From the IMG/VR virus record IMGVR_UViG_3300025889_000079: 64,000 nucleotides of DNA; one strand, written 5' to 3'. The translations under genes and the position numbers were made by a program. This document shows, one piece after another, positions 9,621-19,961 of this stretch (the stretch's first letter is position 1; each line of letters opens with the position of its first letter). Under the pieces are notes generated by a model that was not told the origin of the DNA, did not search any database, and was given only the letters and a program-made list of their open reading frames with translations. Source of the DNA: an uncultured virus (IMG/VR IMGVR_UViG_3300025889_000079) (Duplodnaviria; Heunggongvirae; Uroviricota; Caudoviricetes).

Positions 9621-11201
9621 ATGGCAGAGCTATTTGGGTTTAAGATAGAGCGTGTTAACGCCTCTAAAGTAGATCCTAGACAAAATATAGTTCCACCTCA
9701 AGCGGATGACGGTACAACAACCGTCCCCGCTGGAGGGTTTTTTGCGTCTTATGGAGGATTTGACGCTTCAGCAAGGAACGAAATAGATTTAATTAGAAGA
9801 TATAGAGAGATTGCAATTCATCCTGAATGTGATATGGCCATTGAGGACATTGTATCAGAAGCTCTTGTATCTAATGAAAATCAACAATCCGTCCAATTAG
9901 ATTTAACAAGTGTACCTTATAACGATACAATTAAAAAAGCAATAAGAGAGTCTTTTAGAGAAGTTTTAGATTTACTAAACTTTGATATTAAAGGACACGA
10001 TATCTTTAGAAGATGGTACGTTGATGGTCGTCTATTCTTTCATAAAATTATAGATAAAGACGCACCACGAAAAGGAATTACAGAAATAAGATATATTGAT
10101 CCACGTAAGATCAAAAAAATAAGAGAAGTAAGAAAAGGTGGTCACGGCGCACCAATTATACCAGGTTCATTTGCATTGGCAACAAAATATACTGAATACT
10201 ATATTTTCAATGAAATGGGAATACAACCTACTGCGCCTCAAGCAACACCAGGTGGTATTCAAATTGCAACAGACGCTATTGCATTTTGTCCTTCTGGTTT
10301 GATAGATCAACAAACTAATTTAGTTTTATCTTACTTACATAAAGCAATTAAACCAGTCAATCAATTAAGAATGATTGAGGACGCTGTTGTGATTTATCGT
10401 ATCGCAAGAGCACCTGAAAGAAGAATATTTTACATTGACGTAGGTAACTTACCTAAAGTAAAGGCCGAACAATATTTAAGAGATGTAATGGCACGATACA
10501 GAAACAAACTTGTGTATGACGCAAGTACAGGTGAGATACGAGATGATAGAAATTATATGTCAATGTTGGAAGACTTTTGGTTACCTCGTAGAGAAGGTGG
10601 GAGAGGAACAGAAATTTCTACTTTACCTGGTGGACAGAACTTGGGTGAAATACAAGATATAGAATATTTCCAAAAGAAACTATATCGTTCACTTAACGTT
10701 CCTATCAGTAGATTAGAAAGTGGTACTGGATTTAACATCGGAAGAGCGGCCGAGATTAGTAGAGATGAATTAAAATTTACTAAATTCATTGGTCGTTTAC
10801 GTAAAAAATTCTGTATGTTATTCCACGATCTATTAAAAACTCAATTAGTATTAAAAGGTGTAATTACACCTGAAGATTGGGACCAAATAGGTCAAAAAAT
10901 ATACTATAATTTCTTACAAGATGGATTCTTTGCTGAATTAAAAAATGCTGAAATAATGAGAGAAAGAGTTGCACTTGCTAGAGATTTAGAACCATACATA
11001 GGGAAATACTTTTCTAATGAGTATATTAGAAAGAGTGTTTTAAGACAAAATGAACAAGAAATTATCCAAATTGATAAACAAATTAAAGCTGATTTGGAAG
11101 ACCAACAATCCCAAGGAACAAGTGTTGCTCCTGACCAAGGAAATGATAGTCAAGGACAAGAAACGCAAGACAGCACAGTCCCGCAGGAAAAAATAAAATA
11201 A
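9621..11201 (+). CDS. Portal vertex protein (gp20)
   Basis: FRRWYVDGR, YRIARAPERRIFYIDVGN, EDFWLPRREGGRGTEI. Confidence 0.97.
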   Translation: MAELFGFKIERVNASKVDPRQNIVPPQADDGTTTVPAGGFFASYGGFDASARNEIDLIRRYREIAIHPECDMAIEDIVSEALVSNENQQSVQLDLTSVPYNDTIKKAIRESFREVLDLLNFDIKGHDIFRRWYVDGRLFFHKIIDKDAPRKGITEIRYIDPRKIKKIREVRKGGHGAPIIPGSFALATKYTEYYIFNEMGIQPTAPQATPGGIQIATDAIAFCPSGLIDQQTNLVLSYLHKAIKPVNQLRMIEDAVVIYRIARAPERRIFYIDVGNLPKVKAEQYLRDVMARYRNKLVYDASTGEIRDDRNYMSMLEDFWLPRREGGRGTEISTLPGGQNLGEIQDIEYFQKKLYRSLNVPISRLESGTGFNIGRAAEISRDELKFTKFIGRLRKKFCMLFHDLLKTQLVLKGVITPEDWDQIGQKIYYNFLQDGFFAELKNAEIMRERVALARDLEPYIGKYFSNEYIRKSVLRQNEQEIIQIDKQIKADLEDQQSQGTSVAPDQGNDSQGQETQDSTVPQEKIK

Positions 11202-11204
11202 AGG

Positions 11205-11212
11205 TATAAATA
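11205..11212 (+). promoter_or_regulatory. T4-type late promoter
   Basis: TATAAATA directly upstream of ORF 11219. Confidence 0.7.
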
Positions 11213-11218
11213 ATTATT

Positions 11219-11506
11219 ATGAGTAAAGAAAATTTAAATAAATTTGTCAATTCACTTGAAAAAGGAGATAACTTGGATGCCAAAAAAGCATTTAATGACG
11301 CTATGTCTAACAAGATATCTTCCGCTTTAGATAATCACAAACAAGATGTAGCACGATCAATGTTTACAGGTGTTGTAGGAGTAAAAGCTCCTGAAGCAAA
11401 TATATTCACAGGAAATAATATGTCCGATGGTAATGCTACAATTGGTGATATAGCCGCAGCTGAAGTTGCTGCTGGAGGAGAATCAAGTGGCGAAGTTTCT
11501 CAATAA
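11219..11506 (+). CDS. Prohead core protein candidate (gp67-like by position)
   Basis: Small protein right after the portal gene; AKKAFNDAMSNKISSALD pattern. Confidence 0.55.
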   Translation: MSKENLNKFVNSLEKGDNLDAKKAFNDAMSNKISSALDNHKQDVARSMFTGVVGVKAPEANIFTGNNMSDGNATIGDIAAAEVAAGGESSGEVSQ

Positions 11507-11744
11507 ATTTAAAGAAGAATTGATTACAGACTCTAGTGATTACAAACGCACTAGACAATATAATAAACTATCGCCTAAAATGAAAAGTGCTGTAGATATG
11601 ATTTTTCAAGCTGCTGATAAAACAGGAGATGTTATTTCTAATTTTGAAAAGAATGTTAATACAGCTGCAAAAAAATACAATGTTAAAGTAGATGACTTAA
11701 TGGACTACTTTGATAAAGAAACGTTAACAATTTTAAGGAGATAA
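11487..11744 (+). CDS. Hypothetical head-associated protein (gp68 position)
   Basis: GTG start at 11487 behind GGAGGAG; same frame as track ORF 11466. Confidence 0.55.
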   Translation: MAKFLNKFKEELITDSSDYKRTRQYNKLSPKMKSAVDMIFQAADKTGDVISNFEKNVNTAAKKYNVKVDDLMDYFDKETLTILRR

Positions 11745-11745
11745 A

Positions 11746-12000
11746 ATGGCAACCGTTATTGCAAAAGGAACTAAAGTAACTAATCCATCTGCGAATGATA
11801 TCGGAGCTGCACCATTTGTTATGGTGGTAGCAACTTCTGGTGCTCAAACGATTACAGTAAAAGAAGATGGTGGAACAGTAACTCTTGGAGAACTTTATTT
11901 ACATAGTGCTGGTGATTCAATTATTATTGAAAAAGCACCAACAGATGAAATTACTGTGGCTGCAGGTATCGCTACAGCAGTTGGTTCACCTAGAAGTTAA
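11746..12000 (+). CDS. Hypothetical virion protein
   Basis: Strong RBS (AAGGAG); beta-rich; within the head gene cluster. Confidence 0.6.
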   Translation: MATVIAKGTKVTNPSANDIGAAPFVMVVATSGAQTITVKEDGGTVTLGELYLHSAGDSIIIEKAPTDEITVAAGIATAVGSPRS

Positions 12001-12008
12001 TTTATGTT

Positions 12009-12410
12009 ATGGCAATCATCACTACGAAATTAGCAGATGATAACTTTAAAGTTATTATAAAGGCGTCAGGTGTAGGTGGTGAAACCAAACAAATTTTATT
12101 AGACGCTTCTGAAATAACCAATGCAACTTCAAGTCCTAACTTGTCGATTGCACATCTATATTATGAAATTTTAGGCACAGGAAATATTACTTTATTTTTT
12201 GACGCTGAAACAGATGAACAAGTTACAACTACTTTTACAGGTCGTGGTAACTATGGGTTAAAGAAAGATGAACCCAAAATTAAACAAGGTGATACGGGAG
12301 TTACCTTAACTAATCCAACAGGTGATATTTTATTATCATCGGATAGTGGTATAACTTCTTATAATATTATAGCAGAATTTAGAAAAGAAAAAGGTTTTAA
12401 AAATGGCTGA
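12009..12410 (+). CDS. Hypothetical virion protein (paralog of 12403..12795)
   Basis: Shares GET..DAS, IA.LY, PTGD.L.S and Y.II.EFR with the next ORF. Confidence 0.65.
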   Translation: MAIITTKLADDNFKVIIKASGVGGETKQILLDASEITNATSSPNLSIAHLYYEILGTGNITLFFDAETDEQVTTTFTGRGNYGLKKDEPKIKQGDTGVTLTNPTGDILLSSDSGITSYNIIAEFRKEKGFKNG

Positions 12411-12795
12411 TACAGTATCAAGTTTAACAATTGCAGACACAAGTGGTGTAAAATACACCGCAAAATATACAAACTTTTCAGACGGTACAGGAGAAACTTT
12501 AGTTACAAAAGTGGATGCTTCAGCAACTACTTTTATGACCGAAGATGGCAATAGAAAAATTGCAAAATTGTATTGGTCTATAAACACAGCAAATCCTAAA
12601 TCAGGCGTAGAAATATTATGGAAAGGTGCAACTAATGCTACTGCTTGTTTTCTATCAGGTCAAGGAACTTGGGATTTAAGAGCTGCAGGTAACGAAATAA
12701 CTAACAATTCCACTACTCCTACAGGTGATGTTTTGTTCTCTACGAAGAACTTTGCAAACGGTGATAATTACACAATTATAGTGGAGTTTAGATAG
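12403..12795 (+). CDS. Hypothetical virion protein
   Basis: TNFSDGTGETLVTKVDAS...PTGDVLFST...YTIIVEFR; sits before gp21. Confidence 0.65.
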   Translation: MADTVSSLTIADTSGVKYTAKYTNFSDGTGETLVTKVDASATTFMTEDGNRKIAKLYWSINTANPKSGVEILWKGATNATACFLSGQGTWDLRAAGNEITNNSTTPTGDVLFSTKNFANGDNYTIIVEFR

Positions 12796-12802
12796 TTGGT
12801 TG

Positions 12803-12810
12803 TATAAATA
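12803..12810 (+). promoter_or_regulatory. T4-type late promoter
   Basis: TATAAATA upstream of gp21. Confidence 0.75.
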
Positions 12811-12831
12811 GTTATCAAAAGAGATAGATAA

Positions 12832-13476
12832 ATGAAACTAATCACGGAAGAAATTAAAGACGCAAAATATATCGTTGAAGAAACGAACGGTAAAAAAGAT
12901 TACAAGATCAAAGGTATCTTTATGCAGGCCGAAATGAGAAATAAGAACGGCCGTGTTTACCCTAAAGATATTTTAGAGAGAGAAGTTTTAAGATATAACC
13001 GTGAATTTATTGACAAAAACAGAGCATTTGGCGAACTAGGACATCCAGACGGTCCAACCGTTAACCTAGAAAGAGTATCACATATGATAAAATCGCTAAG
13101 GCCTGAAGGTAATGACTTTATTGGTGAAGCTAAAGTGTTAGACACACCTTATGGAAAAATTGTGAAGAACCTTATAGATGAAGGCGCAAGTCTCGGAGTA
13201 TCAAGTAGAGGTATGGGAACATTGACAAATAGAGGCGGCGTAAATTACGTAAAAGATGATTTTTACCTTGCAACAGCAGCTGATATAGTTGCAGATCCAA
13301 GTGCCCCACAAGCATTTGTAGAAGGCATAATGGAAGGTAAAGAATGGGTTTGGGACAATGGTGTTCTAAAGGAACAAGAAATTAACCAATTAAAGTTACA
13401 AGTCGAACAAGCGAAACGAAATGAACTTGCTAATATTCAAGCAAGAGTATTCGAACAATTCCTTAGAAAACTGTAA
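12832..13476 (+). CDS. Prohead protease (gp21)
   Basis: MKLITE, NKNGRVYP, GELGHP, GVSSRGMG, DIVADPSAP. Confidence 0.97.
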   Translation: MKLITEEIKDAKYIVEETNGKKDYKIKGIFMQAEMRNKNGRVYPKDILEREVLRYNREFIDKNRAFGELGHPDGPTVNLERVSHMIKSLRPEGNDFIGEAKVLDTPYGKIVKNLIDEGASLGVSSRGMGTLTNRGGVNYVKDDFYLATAADIVADPSAPQAFVEGIMEGKEWVWDNGVLKEQEINQLKLQVEQAKRNELANIQARVFEQFLRKL

Positions 13477-13479
13477 TTT

Positions 13480-13487
13480 TATAAATA
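13480..13487 (+). promoter_or_regulatory. T4-type late promoter
   Basis: TATAAATA upstream of gp22. Confidence 0.75.
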
Positions 13488-13547
13488 TTACTTGACACTC
13501 CAATTGGGAGAAAATCAAGTAATTTAACATTTATAGGAGAAAAACAA

Positions 13548-14867
13548 ATGGCTGACAACAACGTGGCTGATTTGCCAAAAAGAAATGCTGTCGCTGCAGA
13601 ACCCGCTAAATCACTTGCTGGTACTATCCAACAAGTAATGTCTAAAGCTATTACATCACCAACTGATGGAAAAGTAGATTTTGCACAAGGGATTAATCCA
13701 GTTTCTGGAGATCCACAACAAAAAAGTGCAGGCGTGGCTGATACGGCAAAAGCAGTAAGTAAAGAAGAAAAAGAAGAAGATAAAGAAAAAGAAGAAGTTA
13801 AAGAAACTTCACACGAAGATGAAAAAGAAGTGAAAAAAGAAGCTTACGGTTCTAAAAAAGAATCTTCACACGAAGATGAAAAAGAAAAAGAAGAAGTAAA
13901 AGAAGGTGAAATGCCTCAAGCTGCTTTAGACGCTCTTAAAAAGAAACAAGATAAAGAAGATGTGAAGGAAGCTGCTGAAGATGAAAAAAAAGATGATGAG
14001 AAAAAAGAAGAAGATGAAAAAGAAGATGAGAAAGCAGTAAAAGAACAAGCAGAAAAAGAAGATAAAAAAGAAGTAAAAGAAAATGATGAAGAAGAAGATG
14101 AAAAAGAAGTGAAAAAAGAATCTGCTGAAGATAAAGTTAAAAATTTAGATATGAAAGAAGATGTTAAAGCTCTTACAGATGGCGAAAATCTATCTGAAGA
14201 ATTTAAACAAAAAGCTGCTACTATTTTCGAATCTGCTGTAAAAGCAAAATTAGTAGAAGAAATTGAAAAATTAGAAAGCGAATATGAAACTAAAGTAAAC
14301 GAACAAGTTGCTTCTGTTAAGGAAGAGATCGTTGAAAAAGTGGACGCTTATCTAAATTACGTAGTAAGTGAGTGGATGAAAGATAACGAACTTGCTATCG
14401 AAAAAGGTTTGAGAAATGAGATTACTGAAGATTTTATCGGTGGTCTTAAATCTCTATTCGAATCGCATTACATTGATGTCCCAGCGGACAAATACAATGT
14501 GATTGACGAACAAGCTGCTGAAATTGAATCATTAAAAAATAAACTTAATGAATCAATTGAACAAAACGTTGAACTTAATCAAAGAGTAGGTCAATTTACA
14601 AGAGATGAAATTCTACAAAACGTAGGTTCTGATCTTGCTGAAACCGAAAAAGAAAAGTTTAAAGGTTTAGCAGAAAATGTTGAATATAAAGACGCTGCTG
14701 ATTTCAAAAAGAAATGTGAAACTATTAAAGAATCATATTTCCCAAGAAAGAAAGCGGTGAGTGAAGAATCTAATACTGTGGCACATAACAATGAACTGCA
14801 AGGTTCAATGGCTGCTTATAGTGCTGCTATTAGTAAAACAAAAAGTAATCCTTATTTTAAAAAATAA
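13548..14867 (+). CDS. Prohead core scaffold protein (gp22)
   Basis: LSEEFKQKAATIFESAV, VDAYLNYVVSEWM, IKESYF; acidic; between gp21 and gp23. Confidence 0.92.
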   Translation: MADNNVADLPKRNAVAAEPAKSLAGTIQQVMSKAITSPTDGKVDFAQGINPVSGDPQQKSAGVADTAKAVSKEEKEEDKEKEEVKETSHEDEKEVKKEAYGSKKESSHEDEKEKEEVKEGEMPQAALDALKKKQDKEDVKEAAEDEKKDDEKKEEDEKEDEKAVKEQAEKEDKKEVKENDEEEDEKEVKKESAEDKVKNLDMKEDVKALTDGENLSEEFKQKAATIFESAVKAKLVEEIEKLESEYETKVNEQVASVKEEIVEKVDAYLNYVVSEWMKDNELAIEKGLRNEITEDFIGGLKSLFESHYIDVPADKYNVIDEQAAEIESLKNKLNESIEQNVELNQRVGQFTRDEILQNVGSDLAETEKEKFKGLAENVEYKDAADFKKKCETIKESYFPRKKAVSEESNTVAHNNELQGSMAAYSAAISKTKSNPYFKK

Positions 14868-14903
14868 GGGTTTAGTTAATTAACTAAAAAGGAGAGATAG
14901 AAA

Positions 14904-16247
14904 ATGTTTTTATCTGAACAAATACAAAATAAGTGGCAGCCAGTGTTAGATCATCCTGATCTTCCAAAGATTCAGGACTCTTACAAAAGAGCGGTCACTT
15001 CAGTAATATTAGAGAACCAAGAAAGAGCATTGAAAGAAGATGCTGCGTTTCTATCAGAAGCTATAGACGCTCCTGCAAACGCTACTGGTGCTAGTATTCA
15101 AAATTGGAATCCTATCCTTATTTCATTAGTTAGAAGATCAATGCCTAATTTGATCGCCTACGATATCGCAGGTGTTCAACCTATGTCAGGCCCAACTGGG
15201 TTAATATTTGCTATGAGAGCAAGATATGCAACTCAAGGTGGAACTGAGGCATTGTTTGACGAAGCTGATACAGATTTTTCTGGCAGAAACGCTGCTGGTT
15301 CATCTGTGGATGGATTCTCTACAACTGCACATTCTGGAACTAACCCAGGTGTATTAAACGACACTCCTGCTGGAACTTATACTTCTGGTACGGCTATGTC
15401 AACTGCTGCTGCTGAATCACTAGGTAATGCTGCTGGTAATGCTTTTGCTGAAATGGCGTTTTCAATTGAGAAATCAACTGTTACTGCTAAATCAAGAGCA
15501 CTAAAAGCAGAGTACACTATGGAATTAGCTCAAGACCTTAAAGCAATACACGGTTTAGACGCTGAAACAGAATTATCAAACATCTTATCTGCTGAAATCC
15601 TTGCGGAGATCAATAGAGAAGTTGTAAGATCAATTTATGTTGGCGCTGAAAAAGGTGCTGCAACTAACGTTACTAACGCTGGTATCTTTGATTTAGATAC
15701 TGACTCTAACGGTAGATGGTCTGTTGAAAGATTCAAAGGCTTACTTTTCCAATTGGAAAGAGATGCTAACAGAATCGCACAAAGAACTCGTAGAGGTAAA
15801 GGAAACCTAGTAATCTGTTCTGCTGACGTTGCGTCTGCATTACAAATGGCTGGTGTTTTAGATTACACTCCTGCGTTAAACAACAATCTTCAAGTTGATG
15901 ATACTGGTAATACTTTTGCTGGTGTTCTTAACGGAAGATACAAAGTATATGTTGACCCATATGCTGCTAACTCACCTGCTACATACGATCATTACTATGT
16001 AGTTGGATATAAAGGAACTTCACCGTATGACGCTGGTATTTTCTACTGCCCATACGTACCTTTACAAATGGTTAGAGCAGTTGGACAAGACAGTTTCCAA
16101 CCAAAAATCGGATTTAAAACTAGATATGGTCTAGTTGCGAACCCTTTTGCTGGTGCTGGTTCTGGAGATTCTATCACTGCTGACGGCTTAACTGCTGCAA
16201 ACAGCAACAGATACTATCAAAGAGTCCAAGTGGCAAACATAATGTAA
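14904..16247 (+). CDS. Major capsid protein (gp23)
   Basis: KWQPVL, GVQPMSGPTGLIFAMR, KSRALKAEYT, YCPYVPL, FQPKIGFKTRYG. Confidence 0.98.
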   Translation: MFLSEQIQNKWQPVLDHPDLPKIQDSYKRAVTSVILENQERALKEDAAFLSEAIDAPANATGASIQNWNPILISLVRRSMPNLIAYDIAGVQPMSGPTGLIFAMRARYATQGGTEALFDEADTDFSGRNAAGSSVDGFSTTAHSGTNPGVLNDTPAGTYTSGTAMSTAAAESLGNAAGNAFAEMAFSIEKSTVTAKSRALKAEYTMELAQDLKAIHGLDAETELSNILSAEILAEINREVVRSIYVGAEKGAATNVTNAGIFDLDTDSNGRWSVERFKGLLFQLERDANRIAQRTRRGKGNLVICSADVASALQMAGVLDYTPALNNNLQVDDTGNTFAGVLNGRYKVYVDPYAANSPATYDHYYVVGYKGTSPYDAGIFYCPYVPLQMVRAVGQDSFQPKIGFKTRYGLVANPFAGAGSGDSITADGLTAANSNRYYQRVQVANIM

Positions 16248-16268
16248 TTGTTGTTTACTCAACGATTT

Positions 16269-16302
16269 AAAAGGGCGACCCTCAAAAGTCGCCCTTTTTT
16301 TT
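16269..16302 (+). terminator. Rho-independent terminator after gp23
   Basis: AAAAGGGCGAC-loop-GTCGCCCTTTT followed by a T tract. Confidence 0.9.
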
Positions 16303-16306
16303 AGCG

Positions 16307-16314
16307 TATAAATA
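16307..16314 (+). promoter_or_regulatory. T4-type late promoter
   Basis: TATAAATA just before gp3. Confidence 0.7.
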
Positions 16315-16319
16315 ATATT

Positions 16320-16946
16320 ATGACAACAACAAATGCCTATAATAGACAACCTACTAAACTTGATTATGCAAGTCCAACGCAGTTTAAGTTTTCTATTATC
16401 AAATTACCTAAAGTAGAATACTTTTGCACGGCCGCAAATGTGCCAGGTATTTCATTAGGTAATGCAAATCAACCTACACCTTTAAAAGACTTACCTATAC
16501 CTGGTGATAAGTTAGATTATGAAACACTTAATATCTCATTTTTAGTGGATGAGAATTTAGAAAATTATAGAGAAATACACGGTTGGTTAACAGGACTTGG
16601 TTTTCCCAAAGACTATTCACAATTTAGAGCATTACAGGCAACAGGTACAGATAGATATCCTACTTCAAAAAATGTAGGATTAAATAAAGAATTAGGACAA
16701 ATTAAGAAGGCCGTACAAGATGAAGGTGCAATTTATTCAGACGCTACTATGTTTATTACTACATCAAAAAATAATCCTAATTTAGAAGTAAGATTTAGAG
16801 ATGTTTATCCTGTTTCTTTATCTGGACTAGACTATAATCAACAAGAAACAGACGTACAATACTTAACTGCTAGTGTTACCTTTCAATATAAGATATATGA
16901 GTTTGCAAGTGTATCCTCTAGTGTTACTACTGAAACAACATCATAA
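16320..16946 (+). CDS. Tail completion/tube terminator protein (gp3-like)
   Basis: SPTQFKF..KLPKVEYF...PGDKLDYETLNISFLVDENLENY...FRDVYPVSLSGL. Confidence 0.85.
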   Translation: MTTTNAYNRQPTKLDYASPTQFKFSIIKLPKVEYFCTAANVPGISLGNANQPTPLKDLPIPGDKLDYETLNISFLVDENLENYREIHGWLTGLGFPKDYSQFRALQATGTDRYPTSKNVGLNKELGQIKKAVQDEGAIYSDATMFITTSKNNPNLEVRFRDVYPVSLSGLDYNQQETDVQYLTASVTFQYKIYEFASVSSSVTTETTS

Positions 16947-16951
16947 AACCA

Positions 16952-16980
16952 TTGACTAAATAAGTCAATTGTGATATAAT
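16952..16980 (+). promoter_or_regulatory. Sigma70-type promoter for uvsY
   Basis: TTGACT-N17-TATAAT; the -35 lies within the inverted repeat ATTGAC-N7-GTCAAT. Confidence 0.7.
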
Positions 16981-16989
16981 GGAGATATT

Positions 16990-17418
16990 ATGACTTTAGA
17001 AGAACTACAAGAATTGGCTGATAAAGATTTGAAAATTAATGATAGTGAACTTGATTTAGAATCTCTTAAAACGCCACAACTACATAACAAATACAATAAA
17101 TTTTTTAATAAGTTTAATACTTTGCTTAAACAAGCAGAATCAGATTATTATAGATTAACAAGAGAAAAATGGGAATACTATAATGGTAAATCTGATCCAG
17201 CAGTATATCAAGCAAAACCTTTTCATCTTAAAATATTAAGACAAGATGTGGACAAATATATTAATGCCGATGATGAAATTATCAAGGCAAGTCAAAAAGT
17301 TTCTTATCTAAAAACGATAGTAGATTATTTAGACCGTACTATTCGAATTATTACTAATCGTTCTTTTCAAATTAAAAATGCAATTGAGTGGCGTAAGTTT
17401 ACAAGCGGAGTAATTTAA
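16990..17418 (+). CDS. uvsY: Recombination mediator UvsY
   Basis: SLKTPQLHNKY...WEYYNGK...RSFQIKNAIEWRKF. Confidence 0.92.
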   Translation: MTLEELQELADKDLKINDSELDLESLKTPQLHNKYNKFFNKFNTLLKQAESDYYRLTREKWEYYNGKSDPAVYQAKPFHLKILRQDVDKYINADDEIIKASQKVSYLKTIVDYLDRTIRIITNRSFQIKNAIEWRKFTSGVI

Positions 17419-17419
17419 A

Positions 17420-17980
17420 ATGTTTGTAACAGAGCCTTATAAAGTACAGGTGTCCGTTATTCCGAAAGACATCTGTAATCAAATCATCACTTTAGGTGAA
17501 CAACAAGGCCTGTCTTTAGCAAAGATACAAGAAGGTAATCAAAAAAATCGTAAATCAAAAGTGTCTTGGATTAAAAGTGATTTTATCAAAACAAGTTTAA
17601 AAGACTCTATACAATTAGCAAACAAAGTTACTAAATGGAATTTTTCATTAGAAGAATATGAGCCATTTCAATATACTGTATATGAAAAAGATGACCATTA
17701 TGATTGGCACATTGATACTCATAATAAACCTTATGATAATGGATTAGTACGTAAATTAAGTTTTACTTTATGTTTAAATGAAGATTATGAAGGTGGTGAA
17801 TTTGAGATTTGTGTACCTAATCCTAGACCTGAAAAGCACACATATATAAAACTGAATAGTGTTTATAAAATAGGAACTATGATTGTATTTCCTAGTTTTG
17901 TATGGCACAAAGTAAATCCTGTATTATCAGGAATAAGAAAAACTTTAGTAGGTTGGATAGTTGGTAAACCATTTGCATAA
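17420..17980 (+). CDS. 2OG-Fe(II) oxygenase
   Basis: YDWHID...RKLSFTL..DYEGGEF...FPSFVWHKVNPV.SGIRKTLVGW. Confidence 0.9.
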   Translation: MFVTEPYKVQVSVIPKDICNQIITLGEQQGLSLAKIQEGNQKNRKSKVSWIKSDFIKTSLKDSIQLANKVTKWNFSLEEYEPFQYTVYEKDDHYDWHIDTHNKPYDNGLVRKLSFTLCLNEDYEGGEFEICVPNPRPEKHTYIKLNSVYKIGTMIVFPSFVWHKVNPVLSGIRKTLVGWIVGKPFA

Positions 17981-19473
17981 TGAAATCACCTAGATATATT
18001 ATCGTGGAAAAGGTCAATGAAGTTTATCTCAAAATAGAAGCAGACGCTGATATTCGTAGAGAACTATCTGACTATTTTTCATTTGAAGTACCAGGTTATC
18101 GTTTTACACCACAGTTTCGTAATAGAGTGTGGGACGGAAAGATACGTTTATATTCATATGCCACAGGTCAATTGTATGTTGGATTGTATCCTTATCTACA
18201 AGACTGGTGTATTAAGAAAAGTGTAGAAATAGTTGAAAGTAAAGAAATAATCACTAAAAAAGCGCCTATAGCCGCCGTAGGACCCGATTTAGAGAAGGCC
18301 TTTAAACTATCTATCACACCGAGGGACTATCAAATTGACGCTTTTAACTTTGCCATTAATAATGATAGAGGATTGATTTTATCACCTACAGCGTCTGGTA
18401 AATCACTTATCATTTATATGTTAGTAAGACATTATTTAAAGACCATAGAGAATAATGTTTTAATCATTGTACCTACTACTTCATTGGTAGAACAATTGTT
18501 TAAAGATTTTAAAGACTATGGTTTTGATAGTCAAAAGAAAGTACATAGAATATATTATGGACACGAATTAGAAACAAAGAAAAGAGTTATCATTTCAACT
18601 TGGCAATCTTTATATAAACTTCCTAAAAAGTTTTTTGATGACTTTGGTGCAGTTATAGGAGATGAAGCCCATTTATTTAAAGCTGTTTCATTGACCAAGA
18701 TAATGACTAAATTAGTAGATTGTAAATATCGTATTGGTATGACAGGTACGTTAGATGATAGTAAAACTCATAAACTTGTATTACAAGGATTGTTTGGACA
18801 AGTAAATAAAGTTACTTCTACAAAAACACTTATAGAAAGAAAACAACTTGCTGATTTAAAAATTATGTGTTTAGTATTATCTTATCCTGAAGCAGAAGCA
18901 CGTAATTTAAGAAACGTAAAGTACCACGAAGAGCTAGAATATTTAACACAATCAGAACCAAGAAATAAATATATAAGAAATCTTGCCTTAGCACTACAAG
19001 GTAATACTTTGTGCCTGTTTCAATTGGTTGAGAAACACGGTAAAATCCTATACAATATGATTAAAGATAAAGCAGAAAAAGATAGAAAAGTCTTTTTCGT
19101 ATATGGAGGAGTAGATACCGATGTTAGAGAACAAGTTAGAGCGATTACTGAAAAATCGGATAATGCTATCATTGTTGCTAGTTATGGCACTTTTTCTACT
19201 GGGATTAATATTCGTAATCTACACAACATTATTTTTGCTAGTCCTTCAAAGTCTAGGATACGTAATCTACAAAGTATTGGCCGTGGTCTTAGGTTAAAAG
19301 ATAATAACTCTGCAGCCACCTTATATGATATTGCTGATGATTTAACTTATAGAGAAAAGAAAAATTATACATTAACACACTTTCAGGAAAGAATAAATAT
19401 ATACAACAGCGAGGAGTTTAATTACGAAATTCATAACGTAAGTTTAAAGGACAATGGACGAAATAAAACTTGA
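17980..19473 (+). CDS. uvsW: RNA-DNA/DNA helicase UvsW
   Basis: PRDYQ, SPTASGKS, DEAH, QSIGRGLR. Confidence 0.95.
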   Translation: MKSPRYIIVEKVNEVYLKIEADADIRRELSDYFSFEVPGYRFTPQFRNRVWDGKIRLYSYATGQLYVGLYPYLQDWCIKKSVEIVESKEIITKKAPIAAVGPDLEKAFKLSITPRDYQIDAFNFAINNDRGLILSPTASGKSLIIYMLVRHYLKTIENNVLIIVPTTSLVEQLFKDFKDYGFDSQKKVHRIYYGHELETKKRVIISTWQSLYKLPKKFFDDFGAVIGDEAHLFKAVSLTKIMTKLVDCKYRIGMTGTLDDSKTHKLVLQGLFGQVNKVTSTKTLIERKQLADLKIMCLVLSYPEAEARNLRNVKYHEELEYLTQSEPRNKYIRNLALALQGNTLCLFQLVEKHGKILYNMIKDKAEKDRKVFFVYGGVDTDVREQVRAITEKSDNAIIVASYGTFSTGINIRNLHNIIFASPSKSRIRNLQSIGRGLRLKDNNSAATLYDIADDLTYREKKNYTLTHFQERINIYNSEEFNYEIHNVSLKDNGRNKT

Positions 19474-19927
19474 TTTAAACACTGCTAAAATCATTAAGTT
19501 GGTTACAGGAGAAGAAATCTGCTGTATGTTACCCAAAGAACAACTTAATGAAAAATCGAATCTATTACGATTGTCTGATCCGATGTTAATTAAATATGTT
19601 CCTCATATTACTAATTTAGGTGTTTCCGATTATATTGCGTTAGTTAAATGGGTAGGCTTTACTGAAGATAAAGTAGTTTCCATTCCAAAAGATAAGATAT
19701 TAACCATATGTAATGCCTCTTTACCTTTTACACAAAGATATCAACGTTTAGTAAATGTAGAAATACCTCAACAGTTGCCTGATTATATAGAAAGAAACTT
19801 AAATGATAAAGACTTTGCAGATTTTGATAAAAAAATCTCTGCTAAAAAAGAGTATAAAGACAAGATGAATGACACTTTACAGAATATGATAGATCATCTG
19901 ACTATGCCTAGTAAACGGAAACACTAG
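19454..19927 (+). CDS. Conserved T4-like hypothetical protein (between uvsW and gp55)
   Basis: IIKLVTGEEI motif; usual position in marine T4-like phages. Confidence 0.65.
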   Translation: MDEIKLDLNTAKIIKLVTGEEICCMLPKEQLNEKSNLLRLSDPMLIKYVPHITNLGVSDYIALVKWVGFTEDKVVSIPKDKILTICNASLPFTQRYQRLVNVEIPQQLPDYIERNLNDKDFADFDKKISAKKEYKDKMNDTLQNMIDHLTMPSKRKH

Positions 19928-19961
19928 GTAGCTAGGTATCTGGATAAGCACCCACATAGGT

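Noticed and set aside
13760..14170. GAAGA/AAAGAAG repeats
   Set aside because: Explained by the Glu/Lys-rich low-complexity region of scaffold gp22.
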